A stretch of DNA of 50,306 nt from SAR324 cluster bacterium. GTDB lineage: Bacteria; SAR324; NAC60-12. Of the stretch, positions 38,434 through 48,076 are shown piece after piece. The position numbers and the translations under genes were made by a program. The notes beneath the pieces were generated by a model that was not told the origin of the DNA, did not search any database, and saw nothing but the letters and a program-made list of their open reading frames with translations. The DNA lies in contig JAESQU010000088.1 of NCBI GenBank assembly GCA_016764995.1, positions 1 through 50,306 on the forward strand. The letters run 5' to 3'. The stretch's first letter is position 1, and every line of letters begins with the position of its first letter.

Positions 38434-38533
38434 TCAGCGAATAAGCGAAACTGAAGAGATAGCTCTCTGATTTTTCAACCTTAATGGTTTAAGCAGTCAG
38501 TATTCTGAACACCTTTTTTGCCCTGAGTCAAAA

Positions 38534-39220
38534 TTATATCAAGAGGTATCGTTGAGGAAAAACCAAGTGGAAATCTCCGGAACATTCCTTGTTATCAAGA
38601 TAAAAGGGCAAGACGACATATTCTTCATCTTGTGCAATACCAGACAGAAAACCCAATTGTAGGATATGTCGGCAACGTACGACTTTTAATTTGTCACTGG
38701 CAGGCCAAAGTTCTAACAAACTGATGAAAAATTTGCGCAGCATTTCACCTATTTCAAGATAAATCACAGAATCTGCTTCACGTAAATCATTATAAATATT
38801 GAGATACTTGCGTGAATTTCTGTTATGAGACAGCGAGGCAAGCCCTTCTCCTACGGAACGGCTGAAATGTAGAATCCAGACAGATTTGGAATGTGTCATC
38901 TCAAACAATGAAAAATAAGAACGTCCAGGCGACCAACTGTGTAAGTTGGCATAAGAAAGGCATTGTTCAGGTTTTGGAGTGATTCGGAATGCTCCCGGAA
39001 GGATGCCCTTCAGTTGGGCAGTTATTGTGTTTACCAGTCTCTGTACTAAGAAATTATTTTTTGAGTAAGAATCACTGCTGATCTGCTTTGAAAAACCGAC
39101 ACCGGGGGAACTTTCTGCTTCTGGATATTTGTTGTTATCGAAAAGACCAAACGTATCCCGAATCATCTCTTGATAAATTTCTTCCGGAGAAGGCTCCTTG
39201 TTGGGAATTTGATTTTGCAT
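38534..39220 (-). CDS. Hypothetical protein resembling the FliM/CheC middle domain (no FliN-like C-terminal domain)
   Basis: By eye the block order parallels FliM: LREADSVIYLEIGEMLRKFFISLLELW vs FTHTEQRVINRMLKLALEGYSDAW, and EEYVVLPFYLDNKECSGDFHLVFPQRYL vs NDIVVNTPFHVEIGNLTGEFNICLPFSMI. The protein is 228 aa, versus about 330 aa for FliM. Confidence 0.3.
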   Translation of the reverse strand: MQNQIPNKEPSPEEIYQEMIRDTFGLFDNNKYPEAESSPGVGFSKQISSDSYSKNNFLVQRLVNTITAQLKGILPGAFRITPKPEQCLSYANLHSWSPGRSYFSLFEMTHSKSVWILHFSRSVGEGLASLSHNRNSRKYLNIYNDLREADSVIYLEIGEMLRKFFISLLELWPASDKLKVVRCRHILQLGFLSGIAQDEEYVVLPFYLDNKECSGDFHLVFPQRYLLI

Positions 39221-39386
39221 AGTTTTGCAGATGTGGTTTCAACTCCGGAATTCAGCGGAGTATGTTTCCGGTTTCAGCATCAATCAGTCTGCCGAGTTTG
39301 ATTTTGAGAGTAACACAAATATTTTGTTATGGGAACTTCCCAATTATAAGATTGCATCTCCAGCTAATGTTTGAAAGAATTAAAAT

Positions 39387-40283
39387 ATGATGTTGAGAGA
39401 CAAATTAAACTTCAACATGTTTGTAAAAAACCTATTAGTATTTGGCTTTTCGACAGAGTCAATTTTGACCCAGAAGTTACAGAAAAGTGCCATTATCATG
39501 CTGATTTGTTTTTCAGCAGCTTTGTTTTTTGCCGGAAATATGCAGGCTGATAGTCATAATAATCAGCTTCAAAAATACATCATAAATGCAAAAAACATTG
39601 AGGCAAACAAAAGAAAAGCAAGAGTTGCGGCGCAAAAAACAAATGGACGTACGATAAAATATTATCTGAAAAAGAAATCTGTTGCTCGAAGCAAGAAAGG
39701 CAAAGCAAAGACTGCAGCAGTTAAGATGGTGGACGCAGGTTTGATAACTGCCAGTATGGTTAAAAAGAACCGCTGGTTTGTGCAAAAACCTTATCAGACA
39801 TCTTATACTAAAATTAGCAGTATCAAAAAATATCAGCCGCCTCCTATTAATCCTGAAGAAAATAACAAGATCAGCCGCAAGGCATTATTAATTACTAAAA
39901 CTCGAGCAAGAGATACTGGACCAGTCAAGCCTGTTAGTCTTTACTCTGAAGACTCCAGCCGGAGTGTATGGGAAATGACCAAAACCAGAGCACGAGTGGC
40001 CGGACCAGCCAAGACGGGAATCGTTTACACCGAAAGCACAAGCCGTGCGGCACTGAAGTTGTCAAAAGCCAGGGCACAAGCGACTGGTCCTGTTAAACCA
40101 GCCTCGCTGTACTCGGAGAGTGTTAGTCGAAATGCGATGGAAATGACAAATAAGCGTGCTAAAAAATTTACTGCAGTTAGAATAGGGCTTGTTTACTCTG
40201 CTGAATTGTTGAAAAGTATGGGTAGAAGACCGCCTATTAAAAATACTCCATTTAACGTTGAATCATCAAATGCGGACAAATAA
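39387..40283 (+). CDS. Basic secreted/membrane-anchored protein with 28-aa tandem repeats
   Basis: Hydrophobic segment IIMLICFSAALFFAGNMQA, then a K/R-rich body with four clear 28-aa repeats. The start is uncertain (ATG at 39387, 39417 or 39498). Confidence 0.6.
   Translation: MMLRDKLNFNMFVKNLLVFGFSTESILTQKLQKSAIIMLICFSAALFFAGNMQADSHNNQLQKYIINAKNIEANKRKARVAAQKTNGRTIKYYLKKKSVARSKKGKAKTAAVKMVDAGLITASMVKKNRWFVQKPYQTSYTKISSIKKYQPPPINPEENNKISRKALLITKTRARDTGPVKPVSLYSEDSSRSVWEMTKTRARVAGPAKTGIVYTESTSRAALKLSKARAQATGPVKPASLYSESVSRNAMEMTNKRAKKFTAVRIGLVYSAELLKSMGRRPPIKNTPFNVESSNADK
39873..40208 (+). repeat. Four tandem 84-bp in-frame repeats
   Basis: The repeat units are SRKALLITKTRARDTGPVKPVSLYSEDS, SRSVWEMTKTRARVAGPAKTGIVYTEST, SRAALKLSKARAQATGPVKPASLYSESV and SRNAMEMTNKRAKKFTAVRIGLVYSAEL. 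Weaker copies lie upstream (KRKARVAAQKTNGRTIKYY). Confidence 0.8.
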
Positions 40284-40383
40284 GTTAAAAGTAACGCCGG
40301 CAGTTAAACCTCTTTTTCCTTTCCTGAACTTTTACCCGTCACCAAATTTTACTTTCCTAACACGAACAGACTGAGATTCTAGC

Positions 40384-43044
40384 ATGGCTTCAATAATAGG
40401 AAACGATTTAGACCCACAGGAAACTCAGGAATGGGTTGAGGCAATGGAAGCCGTCATTGAAAGGGATGGTCACGAAAGGGCGCAATTCCTCCTGCGTCAG
40501 TTAGCAGACCAGGCGGTTTTATCAGGAGCAGGCAGTCCCTATTCTGCAAACACACCTTATGTAAATACGATTCCTCCGGAACTTGAAGTACACTCACCAG
40601 GTGATCAGGAATTGGAACACAAGATTCGCTCAATTATCCGTTGGAATGCGGCAGTGATGGTTATGCGGGCAAATCGGGATTCATCTGACTTAGGTGGACA
40701 CATTGCAAGTTTTGCTTCTTCGGCCACACTTTACGATGTTGGTTTTAACCATTTTTGGCATGCCAAAAATAAAGATCACGGCGGAGATTTGGTATTTTTT
40801 CAGGGACATTCAGCACCTGGAATTTATGCCCGTGCCTTTTTGGAAGGTCGGCTGACTGAAAAGCAAATGGACAATTTTCGCAGAGAAACAAAAGGACAAG
40901 GAGTACCCTCTTATCCGCATCCCTGGCTGATGAATGAATTCTGGCAGTTTCCAACTGTTTCAATGGGTCTTGGTCCAATCATGGCGCTTTACCAGGCACG
41001 TTTCCTCAAATACCTTCACAACCGTGGTTTAGCAGACACCACCGGACGTAAAGTTTGGGCGTTTTTGGGTGACGGTGAAACTGATGAACCTCAATCTCTC
41101 GGAGCAATCGGGCTTGCTGCTCGTGAAAAGTTAGACAATCTGATTTTTGTAGTTAACTGCAATTTGCAAAGACTGGATGGTCCGGTACGCGGGAATGGTA
41201 AAATAATACAGGAACTTGAAGGCGAATTCCGTGGTGCAGGATGGAATGTGATAAAAGTTATCTGGGGTTCATATTGGGATCCTTTGCTGGCAAAAGACTC
41301 TGACGGTTTTCTGCGTAAAAGGATGGATGAAGCCGTTGATGGAGAATATCAAGCCTGCAAAGCAAAAGGTGGAGCATATACAAGGGCTCACTTTTTTGGC
41401 AAATATCCGGAACTGCTGGACATGGTTTCCAATTTGACGGACGAAGACATTTGGAGACTGAACCGTGGTGGACATGATCCTCACAAAATCTACGCAGCAT
41501 ATCACTCTGCAGTAAATCATACTGGACAGCCAACTGTTATTCTTGCAAAAACAGTCAAAGGTTACGGAATGGGAGGCTCCGGTGAGGCCATCAACGTCAC
41601 TCATTCCCAAAAGAAAATGAAAATGGCCGATCTGAAGAGTTTCCGGGATCGTTTCCGTGTTCCAATTTCAGATGAAGAAGTCGAACAAATGTCATTATAC
41701 AGACCACCGGCTGATGCACCTGAACTGGAATATCTTAGAAAATGCCGTACTGTTCTTGGCGGAGCTCTTCCGGCCAGAAAACTAAAAGGCGACTCTCTTA
41801 CCATCCCACCTTTGTCTCTTTTCGACCGTTTGCTGCACGAGACTGGAGAAAGGGAAATTTCCACAACTCAGGCGCTAGTGCAGGCAATGACGTTACTTTG
41901 CAAAGATAACAACATTGGTGAGCGTGTGGTCCCGATAGTTCCGGATGAAGCAAGAACATTTGGCATGGAAGGAATGTTTCGCCAAATTGGAATTTATGCC
42001 CATGAGGGACAGAAATATGAACCGGTTGACCGTGATCAACTCATGTACTATAAGGAGAATCAGAGCGGTCAATTGTTGGAAGAAGGAATTACTGAAGATG
42101 GCGCCATGTCTTCCTGGATCGCCGCAGCGACGTCTTATTCCAATACCGGAAAGCAAATGATTCCGTTTTACATTTTCTACTCAATGTTCGGTTTTCAACG
42201 GGTAGGTGATCTAATTTGGGCTGCTGGAGATATGCAAGCTCGTGGTTTTTTGATTGGCGCAACCTCCGGACGCACGACGCTTAATGGTGAGGGATTGCAG
42301 CATGAAGACGGGCACAGTCAAATCATGGCAGGAAATTTGCCAAACTGCGTTTCTTATGATCCTACTTTTTCGTATGAATTGATGGTGATTCTGCAAGATG
42401 GCATGCAGCGTATGTTTGATAAACAAGAAAATGTGCTTTATTACATCACCACGATGAATGAAAATTATACTCATCCTGGTCTTGGCAAAGGCCAAGAAAA
42501 AAACATTGTTAAAGGCATGTACTTGTTTCAAAAGGGAAAAAAAGGGGAAACAAGAGTGCAGTTATTAGGTTCCGGATCAATTTTGCGTGAATCAATTGCG
42601 GCAGCGGAATTACTGGCAAAAGACTTTAAGGTGCAGGCTGATATTTGGAGTTGCCCGAGTTTTAACGAATTGAAACGTGACGGCGACGAAGTTTCACGTT
42701 GGAACTCGTTACATCCTGATCAAAAAGCACGGCAGTGTCATGTAACACAATGTCTCGAAAATACAGCAGGACCTGTTGTAGCTGCAACAGATTATGTCAA
42801 ACTTTTTGCTGATCAAATTCGCGCGTATGTACCCAGATCTTATACTGTGCTGGGAACAGATGGTTTTGGACGAAGTGATTCGCGCGAAGCCTTGCGAAAA
42901 CATTTCGAGGTGGATCGCTATTACATTACAATTGCGGCATTAAACGCGCTTGTGGGAGAAGGCGGAATTTCAGTAAAAACAGTAAAAGCTGCCATCAAAA
43001 AATACGGAATTGATACCGAAAAAAATAATCCATTGTTGGCCTGA
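40384..43044 (+). CDS. aceE: Pyruvate dehydrogenase E1 component (homodimeric AceE type)
   Basis: 886 aa. Contains DPQETQEWVEA, GHIASFASSATLYDVGFNHFW and GDGETDEPQSLGA. Confidence 0.92.
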   Translation: MASIIGNDLDPQETQEWVEAMEAVIERDGHERAQFLLRQLADQAVLSGAGSPYSANTPYVNTIPPELEVHSPGDQELEHKIRSIIRWNAAVMVMRANRDSSDLGGHIASFASSATLYDVGFNHFWHAKNKDHGGDLVFFQGHSAPGIYARAFLEGRLTEKQMDNFRRETKGQGVPSYPHPWLMNEFWQFPTVSMGLGPIMALYQARFLKYLHNRGLADTTGRKVWAFLGDGETDEPQSLGAIGLAAREKLDNLIFVVNCNLQRLDGPVRGNGKIIQELEGEFRGAGWNVIKVIWGSYWDPLLAKDSDGFLRKRMDEAVDGEYQACKAKGGAYTRAHFFGKYPELLDMVSNLTDEDIWRLNRGGHDPHKIYAAYHSAVNHTGQPTVILAKTVKGYGMGGSGEAINVTHSQKKMKMADLKSFRDRFRVPISDEEVEQMSLYRPPADAPELEYLRKCRTVLGGALPARKLKGDSLTIPPLSLFDRLLHETGEREISTTQALVQAMTLLCKDNNIGERVVPIVPDEARTFGMEGMFRQIGIYAHEGQKYEPVDRDQLMYYKENQSGQLLEEGITEDGAMSSWIAAATSYSNTGKQMIPFYIFYSMFGFQRVGDLIWAAGDMQARGFLIGATSGRTTLNGEGLQHEDGHSQIMAGNLPNCVSYDPTFSYELMVILQDGMQRMFDKQENVLYYITTMNENYTHPGLGKGQEKNIVKGMYLFQKGKKGETRVQLLGSGSILRESIAAAELLAKDFKVQADIWSCPSFNELKRDGDEVSRWNSLHPDQKARQCHVTQCLENTAGPVVAATDYVKLFADQIRAYVPRSYTVLGTDGFGRSDSREALRKHFEVDRYYITIAALNALVGEGGISVKTVKAAIKKYGIDTEKNNPLLA

Positions 43045-43055
43045 GGAGAAACCAC

Positions 43056-44396
43056 ATGAGCAGAATCAAAGACGTACTTGTTCCAGACATAGGCGAATTT
43101 GACGCAGTAGAAATTATTGAAGTGCTGGTCAAATCAGGTGACGTTGTTGCCGTGGAAGACCCATTGCTCACCATGGAAAGTGATAAAGCGTCTATGGATG
43201 TGCCATCACCATTTGCGGGAACCGTCAAAGTTGTGAAAATAAAAGCAGGAGATTCTGTTTCTCAGAACGACCTTATTCTGACTTTAACTGTCGAAGAATC
43301 CGAAAAAGCCTCTCCGGAATCATCTTCGGAATCAACTGCCTCAACCTCTACACCGGAAACAACTTCTCAGGAAAATACGGATTCTGTTTCTGCAGGCAAA
43401 ACTGAAACAACAAGCTTGGAATCCCAGCCTACAGAAAAAACTCGACGTCCACCTCCAATTCCGATGCACGCTGAACAGAAAGCGTTTTTGAGGGCACACG
43501 CCAGTCCTTCCATCCGTAAATTTGCCCGCGAATTAGGCGTTGACTTGAGTCGACTGCAAGGTTCCGGACGCAAGCAGCGGATTACCAAAGAAGATGTTCA
43601 GGAATTTGTAAAACAGACTTTGGTTGGTATTGCTTCCGGAAATGCTGTTGCAACCGCTTCAGGAATTCCGGAAATGCCTGAAATTGATTTTAGTAAATTT
43701 GGTCCGGTTGAGATTAAACCGCTTTCACGAATCAAAAAGAAGGGCGGCATTAATTTGCATCGAAGCTGGCTGAACTTACCAATTGTGACGCATCATGATG
43801 AGGCTGATATTACGGAACTAGAATATTTCCGAAAATCACTGAAAGAAGAAGCCGCAAGACAGGATGTGAAAGTTACTGCTCTTGCGTTTTTGCTCAAAGC
43901 ATGTGCCACGGCAATCCGGAAACATCCTGATTTCAACTCATCACTAACTGCTGACCGCGAAAATTTGGTCTTGAAAAAATATCTGCACATTGGAGTGGCA
44001 GTTGACACTCCGGATGGCTTGGTGGTTCCGGTAATCAGAGATGTGGAGCAGAAAGGTTTGCTTGAACTGGCAAAAGAATTGAGCGAGGTCGGAGAACGTG
44101 CGCGTACAAAAAAATTAAAAAGCAGCGATTTACAGGGTGGCTGTTTCAGCATTTCCAGTTTGGGAGGAATTGGCGGAACAGCTTTTACGCCGCTGGTGAA
44201 TGCTCCGGAAGTTGCAATCCTCGGTGTAACTCGTTCCAGAATGATGCCTGTTTGGAACGGCAAAGAATTCTTACCGCGTCTTATGCTGCCTTTGGATTTG
44301 ACTTATGATCACCGTGTGATTGACGGGGCGCAGGCTGCGCGTTTCATGGTGGACTTGTGCAAAATTCTTGGTGATATGCGGAGGATGTCACTATGA
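43056..44396 (+). CDS. aceF: Dihydrolipoyllysine-residue acetyltransferase E2 (single lipoyl domain)
   Basis: Lipoyl motif ESDKASMDVPSP, E3-binding domain PSIRKFARELGVDLSRLQGSG and catalytic DHRVIDGA. Confidence 0.9.
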   Translation: MSRIKDVLVPDIGEFDAVEIIEVLVKSGDVVAVEDPLLTMESDKASMDVPSPFAGTVKVVKIKAGDSVSQNDLILTLTVEESEKASPESSSESTASTSTPETTSQENTDSVSAGKTETTSLESQPTEKTRRPPPIPMHAEQKAFLRAHASPSIRKFARELGVDLSRLQGSGRKQRITKEDVQEFVKQTLVGIASGNAVATASGIPEMPEIDFSKFGPVEIKPLSRIKKKGGINLHRSWLNLPIVTHHDEADITELEYFRKSLKEEAARQDVKVTALAFLLKACATAIRKHPDFNSSLTADRENLVLKKYLHIGVAVDTPDGLVVPVIRDVEQKGLLELAKELSEVGERARTKKLKSSDLQGGCFSISSLGGIGGTAFTPLVNAPEVAILGVTRSRMMPVWNGKEFLPRLMLPLDLTYDHRVIDGAQAARFMVDLCKILGDMRRMSL

Positions 44397-46168
44397 GTAT
44401 TACTGAAGTTAAAGTTCCAGATATCGGTGATTTTGAGAGTGTTGAAATTATTGAGGTAATTTGCAAAAAAGGTGATACTGTTTCTGTGGAAGATCCACTG
44501 ATTTCAGTGGAAAGCGACAAGGCGACGATGGATGTTCCTTCACCGATTGCGGGAGTAATTCGCGAAATAAAAGTAAAGGTTGGGGAAAAGGTTTCTGCCG
44601 GAAGCCTGATTTTGAAGATGGAAACTACTGATGTTTCAACTGAAAATGAAGAAGAAATAAATATTGAAAAAGATGAGTCTGAAGATAAAAGCTTAGCAAC
44701 GGAATCTGACACTACTCCAGTAAAGACCTTTGCCGGAAAAGCGGATATGAGTTGTGATGTGCTCGTACTTGGTTCCGGACCAGGTGGTTACACGGCGGCA
44801 TTTCGTGCAGCTGATTTGGGTCTGAATGTACTCTTGGTGGAAAGATACAATCGTATTGGAGGAGTGTGTTTGAACGTGGGTTGTATTCCATCCAAGACCT
44901 TGCTGCATGCCGCAAAAGTTATTGACGAAACCGAATCAATGAGCGCCCATGGTGTTTCTTTTGGAAAACCAAAAATTAATTTAGAGCAGTTGCGTGAATG
45001 GAAAAACGGAATTGTGAATCAATTGACATCTGGTTTGAAAAGTATGGCCAAACAGCGAAAAGTGCAAATTGTCACTGGAGTAGGAGAATTTCTGGATCAG
45101 AATCATCTTTGCGTCACTGATACAGAAAACAAAAAACTTACACTACATTTTGAAAACGCAATTATCGCGGTTGGATCTCAACCCGTAAAGCTGCCCTTTC
45201 TTCCGGAAGATTCACGTATCGTAGATTCAACAGGGTCCTTGGAACTGACTGATATTCCTGAGCATATGCTGGTGATTGGTGGAGGAATTATTGGTTTGGA
45301 AATGGCCACGGTTTATCATGCATTGGGTTCTAAAATTAGCGTTGTGGAAATGCTCGATGGCTTGATGGCAGGTGCGGACCGTGACATTGTGAGGCCGTTT
45401 CAAAAGCGTATTTCTAAACAGTATGAAAATATCTGGCTGGAAACAAAAGTCACAAAAGTAGAAGCCCTTAAAAATGGATTGAAAGTGCATTTTGAAGGAA
45501 AAAACGCACCGGAAAAACCACAGATGTTTGATCAAATTCTCAGCTCAGTTGGACGTATCCCAAATGGTTTAAAGATTGCTGCGGAAAAAGCTGGAGTAGT
45601 GGTGGATAAAGGAGGATTCATTAAGACTGACTCGCAAATGCGTACTAACATGTCACATATATTTGCGATTGGTGATCTTGTTGGTCAGCCGATGCTGGCA
45701 CACAAAGCGACTCATGAAGCAAAAGTAGCGGCGGAGGTGATTTCAGGAATGAAAAGTTATTTTGACGCGCGAACCATTCCCTCGGTCGCTTATACTGATC
45801 CGGAAGTCGCCTGGGCTGGAATTACAGAAGAAGAGGCAAAAAAGGAGGGTGTCGCTTATGGAAAAGGGAATTTTCCCTGGGCCGCCAGTGGACGTAGTTT
45901 ATCATTGGGTCGCAGTGAAGGAATGACCAAAGTCCTTTTTGAGGAAGGCACAAACCGTGTCATTGGTGTCGGGATTGTCGGACCAAATGCCGGAGATTTG
46001 ATTGCAGAAGGTGTCCTGGCGATTGAGATGGGCTGCGATGCTACCGATTTGGGTTCAACAATCCATCCGCATCCTACACTTTCTGAAACTGTGGGCTTTG
46101 CGGCAGAAGCATTTGAGGGTACTATCACGGATCTGTATCTTCCAAAAAAGAAAAAAAATAACTCTTGA
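44393..46168 (+). CDS. lpdA: Dihydrolipoyl dehydrogenase E3 with an N-terminal lipoyl domain
   Basis: Lipoyl motif ESDKATMDVPSP, then GSGPGGYTAA, GGVCLNVGCIPSK and HPHPTLSE. ATGA overlap with aceF. Confidence 0.92.
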   Translation: MSITEVKVPDIGDFESVEIIEVICKKGDTVSVEDPLISVESDKATMDVPSPIAGVIREIKVKVGEKVSAGSLILKMETTDVSTENEEEINIEKDESEDKSLATESDTTPVKTFAGKADMSCDVLVLGSGPGGYTAAFRAADLGLNVLLVERYNRIGGVCLNVGCIPSKTLLHAAKVIDETESMSAHGVSFGKPKINLEQLREWKNGIVNQLTSGLKSMAKQRKVQIVTGVGEFLDQNHLCVTDTENKKLTLHFENAIIAVGSQPVKLPFLPEDSRIVDSTGSLELTDIPEHMLVIGGGIIGLEMATVYHALGSKISVVEMLDGLMAGADRDIVRPFQKRISKQYENIWLETKVTKVEALKNGLKVHFEGKNAPEKPQMFDQILSSVGRIPNGLKIAAEKAGVVVDKGGFIKTDSQMRTNMSHIFAIGDLVGQPMLAHKATHEAKVAAEVISGMKSYFDARTIPSVAYTDPEVAWAGITEEEAKKEGVAYGKGNFPWAASGRSLSLGRSEGMTKVLFEEGTNRVIGVGIVGPNAGDLIAEGVLAIEMGCDATDLGSTIHPHPTLSETVGFAAEAFEGTITDLYLPKKKKNNS

Positions 46169-46492
46169 ACTGCTAAAGTCTGCCATTTTATGCAAGATTG
46201 ATCGCAGAGTTGAATTGCAAAAAATAAATTTTTTTAAAAAAACACTTGACAAAACTTTAAATATTGGCGACCTTGTAAACACCTACTTTTGAAATTTTCA
46301 ATTCTTATTCAAGTATTTCCACACAAGACAGTTTCTAGCCTACTTTGTTTTTAATCGTTAAATCCGCTTTTTGTAACTTGAAGTTGCTGCGAAAAAGTTA
46401 AAACTAATCATCCTCCTTAAATAAACACACCATAAAAAGGGTCTTTACATTGTTAAGATCCCATCTTTGATTAACCTCCTGAGAAACCTCAC

Positions 46493-47818
46493 ATGTCAAA
46501 AAACCAGCCGGAAAATGGCAACGGCAACAATTCAAAAAGAAATTCAGATTCTGATTCAAAACCGGATACACTCAATTTAATTGAGTTGAAGAAAAAAGAT
46601 ATCAATTCGCTAATTCAGATTGCACGCGCCTATGATATTGAAAATGCGAACAGTATGCGGGGTCAGGAGTTACTCTTTGCTTTGCTGCAGGCACAGACGA
46701 AACGCAAAGGAATCATTTACGGTGCCGGAGTTCTGGAGGCTTTGCCGGACGGTTTTGGATTTCTTCGGGCACCGGATTACAACTACCTTCCGGGACCGGA
46801 TGATATTTATGTTTCTCCTTCCCAGATTCGGCGTTTTAATTTACGTACCGGAGATACAGTCGCCGGTCAAATCCGCCCACCAAAAGAAAGCGAGCGCTAT
46901 TACGCGTTACTTAAGGTAGAAGAAATAAACTTCCGTGATCCGAATAAGGCATTTGAAAAAATTCTTTTCGATAACCTCACTCCTCTCCATCCAAACGAAC
47001 ACCTTCATCTTGAACGTAAAGATAATGATTTAACTACGCGTATTATTGATCTCGTTTCACCGATTGGTAAAGGTCAGCGCGGAGTGATAGTTGCTCCACC
47101 AAGAACCGGTAAGACGATGATTTTGCAGTCAATTGCAAACAGCATCACAGAAAACCATCCTGAAGTAGATCTAATTGTATTGCTGATTGATGAGCGACCG
47201 GAAGAAGTAACGGATATGCGCCGTTCAGTAAAAGGAGAAGTGGTTGCATCAACTTTCGACGAACCGGCAACACGTCACGTACAAGTTTCCGAAATGGTTT
47301 TGGAGAAAGCCAAACGACTTGTTGAACATCAACGTGATGTGGTAATTCTGTTGGATTCAATCACCAGACTTGCGCGTGCCTATAACACAGTTATTCCTCC
47401 CAGCGGTAAAATTCTTTCCGGAGGTGTTGACTCAAACGCGCTTTTTAAACCAAAAAGATTTTTTGGTGCTGCCAGAAACATTGAAGAAGGCGGTTCCCTG
47501 ACCATCATCGCAACGGCGCTGATTGATACAGGTAGCAGGATGGACGAAGTTATTTTTGAAGAATTCAAAGGAACCGGAAATATGGAACTGGTGCTTGATC
47601 GAAAACCTGTTGAAAAACGAATTTTTCCTGCAATTGATCTAAGCAAGTCCGGGACACGAAAAGAGGAACTGCTCGTTGACAAACCAGACCTTGACCGGAT
47701 TTGGGTCCTGCGAAAAGTCCTCTCTCAACTGAATGTTGTTGAAGCATTGGAATTTCTCATTGATAAAATGGAAAAATTCAAAGAAAATGCGAATTTCCTC
47801 AATATGATGGATAAATAG
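46493..47818 (+). CDS. rho: Transcription termination factor Rho
   Basis: Contains [23 protein letters not shown], Walker A PPRTGKTM and [23 protein letters not shown]. Short N/S-rich N-terminal extension. Confidence 0.93.
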   Translation: MSKNQPENGNGNNSKRNSDSDSKPDTLNLIELKKKDINSLIQIARAYDIENANSMRGQELLFALLQAQTKRKGIIYGAGVLEALPDGFGFLRAPDYNYLPGPDDIYVSPSQIRRFNLRTGDTVAGQIRPPKESERYYALLKVEEINFRDPNKAFEKILFDNLTPLHPNEHLHLERKDNDLTTRIIDLVSPIGKGQRGVIVAPPRTGKTMILQSIANSITENHPEVDLIVLLIDERPEEVTDMRRSVKGEVVASTFDEPATRHVQVSEMVLEKAKRLVEHQRDVVILLDSITRLARAYNTVIPPSGKILSGGVDSNALFKPKRFFGAARNIEEGGSLTIIATALIDTGSRMDEVIFEEFKGTGNMELVLDRKPVEKRIFPAIDLSKSGTRKEELLVDKPDLDRIWVLRKVLSQLNVVEALEFLIDKMEKFKENANFLNMMDK

Positions 47819-47863
47819 CGTATAATGGAAGAAATCATAAACATTGAACTAGACATATAAAAA

Positions 47864-48070
47864 ATGAAACCAGATATTCACCCAAAGTTTCAAAAAACCT
47901 CATTTCGTTGTGCCTGCGGGACAACATGGGAGGCACAGTCCACAAAAGGCGGTGAGACAACCGTAGAAATTTGCTCAAACTGTCATCCGTTTTTTACCGG
48001 CGCAGGACAAAATTTAGTAGATACCGCTGGACGGATTGAAAAATTTAATCGCCGCTACAAGCGCGCCTGA
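47864..48070 (+). CDS. rpmE: 50S ribosomal protein L31 (Zn-binding type, CxC...CxxC)
   Basis: Translation MKPDIHPKF...CACG...[10 protein letters not shown]...RIEKFNRRY. Confidence 0.9.
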   Translation: MKPDIHPKFQKTSFRCACGTTWEAQSTKGGETTVEICSNCHPFFTGAGQNLVDTAGRIEKFNRRYKRA

Positions 48071-48076
48071 CCATAG

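Noticed and set aside
46246-46251. TTGACA in the rho upstream region as a promoter -35 element
   Set aside because: No acceptable -10 hexamer at 16-18 nt spacing. The nearest TAAACA-like element is about 24 nt away.
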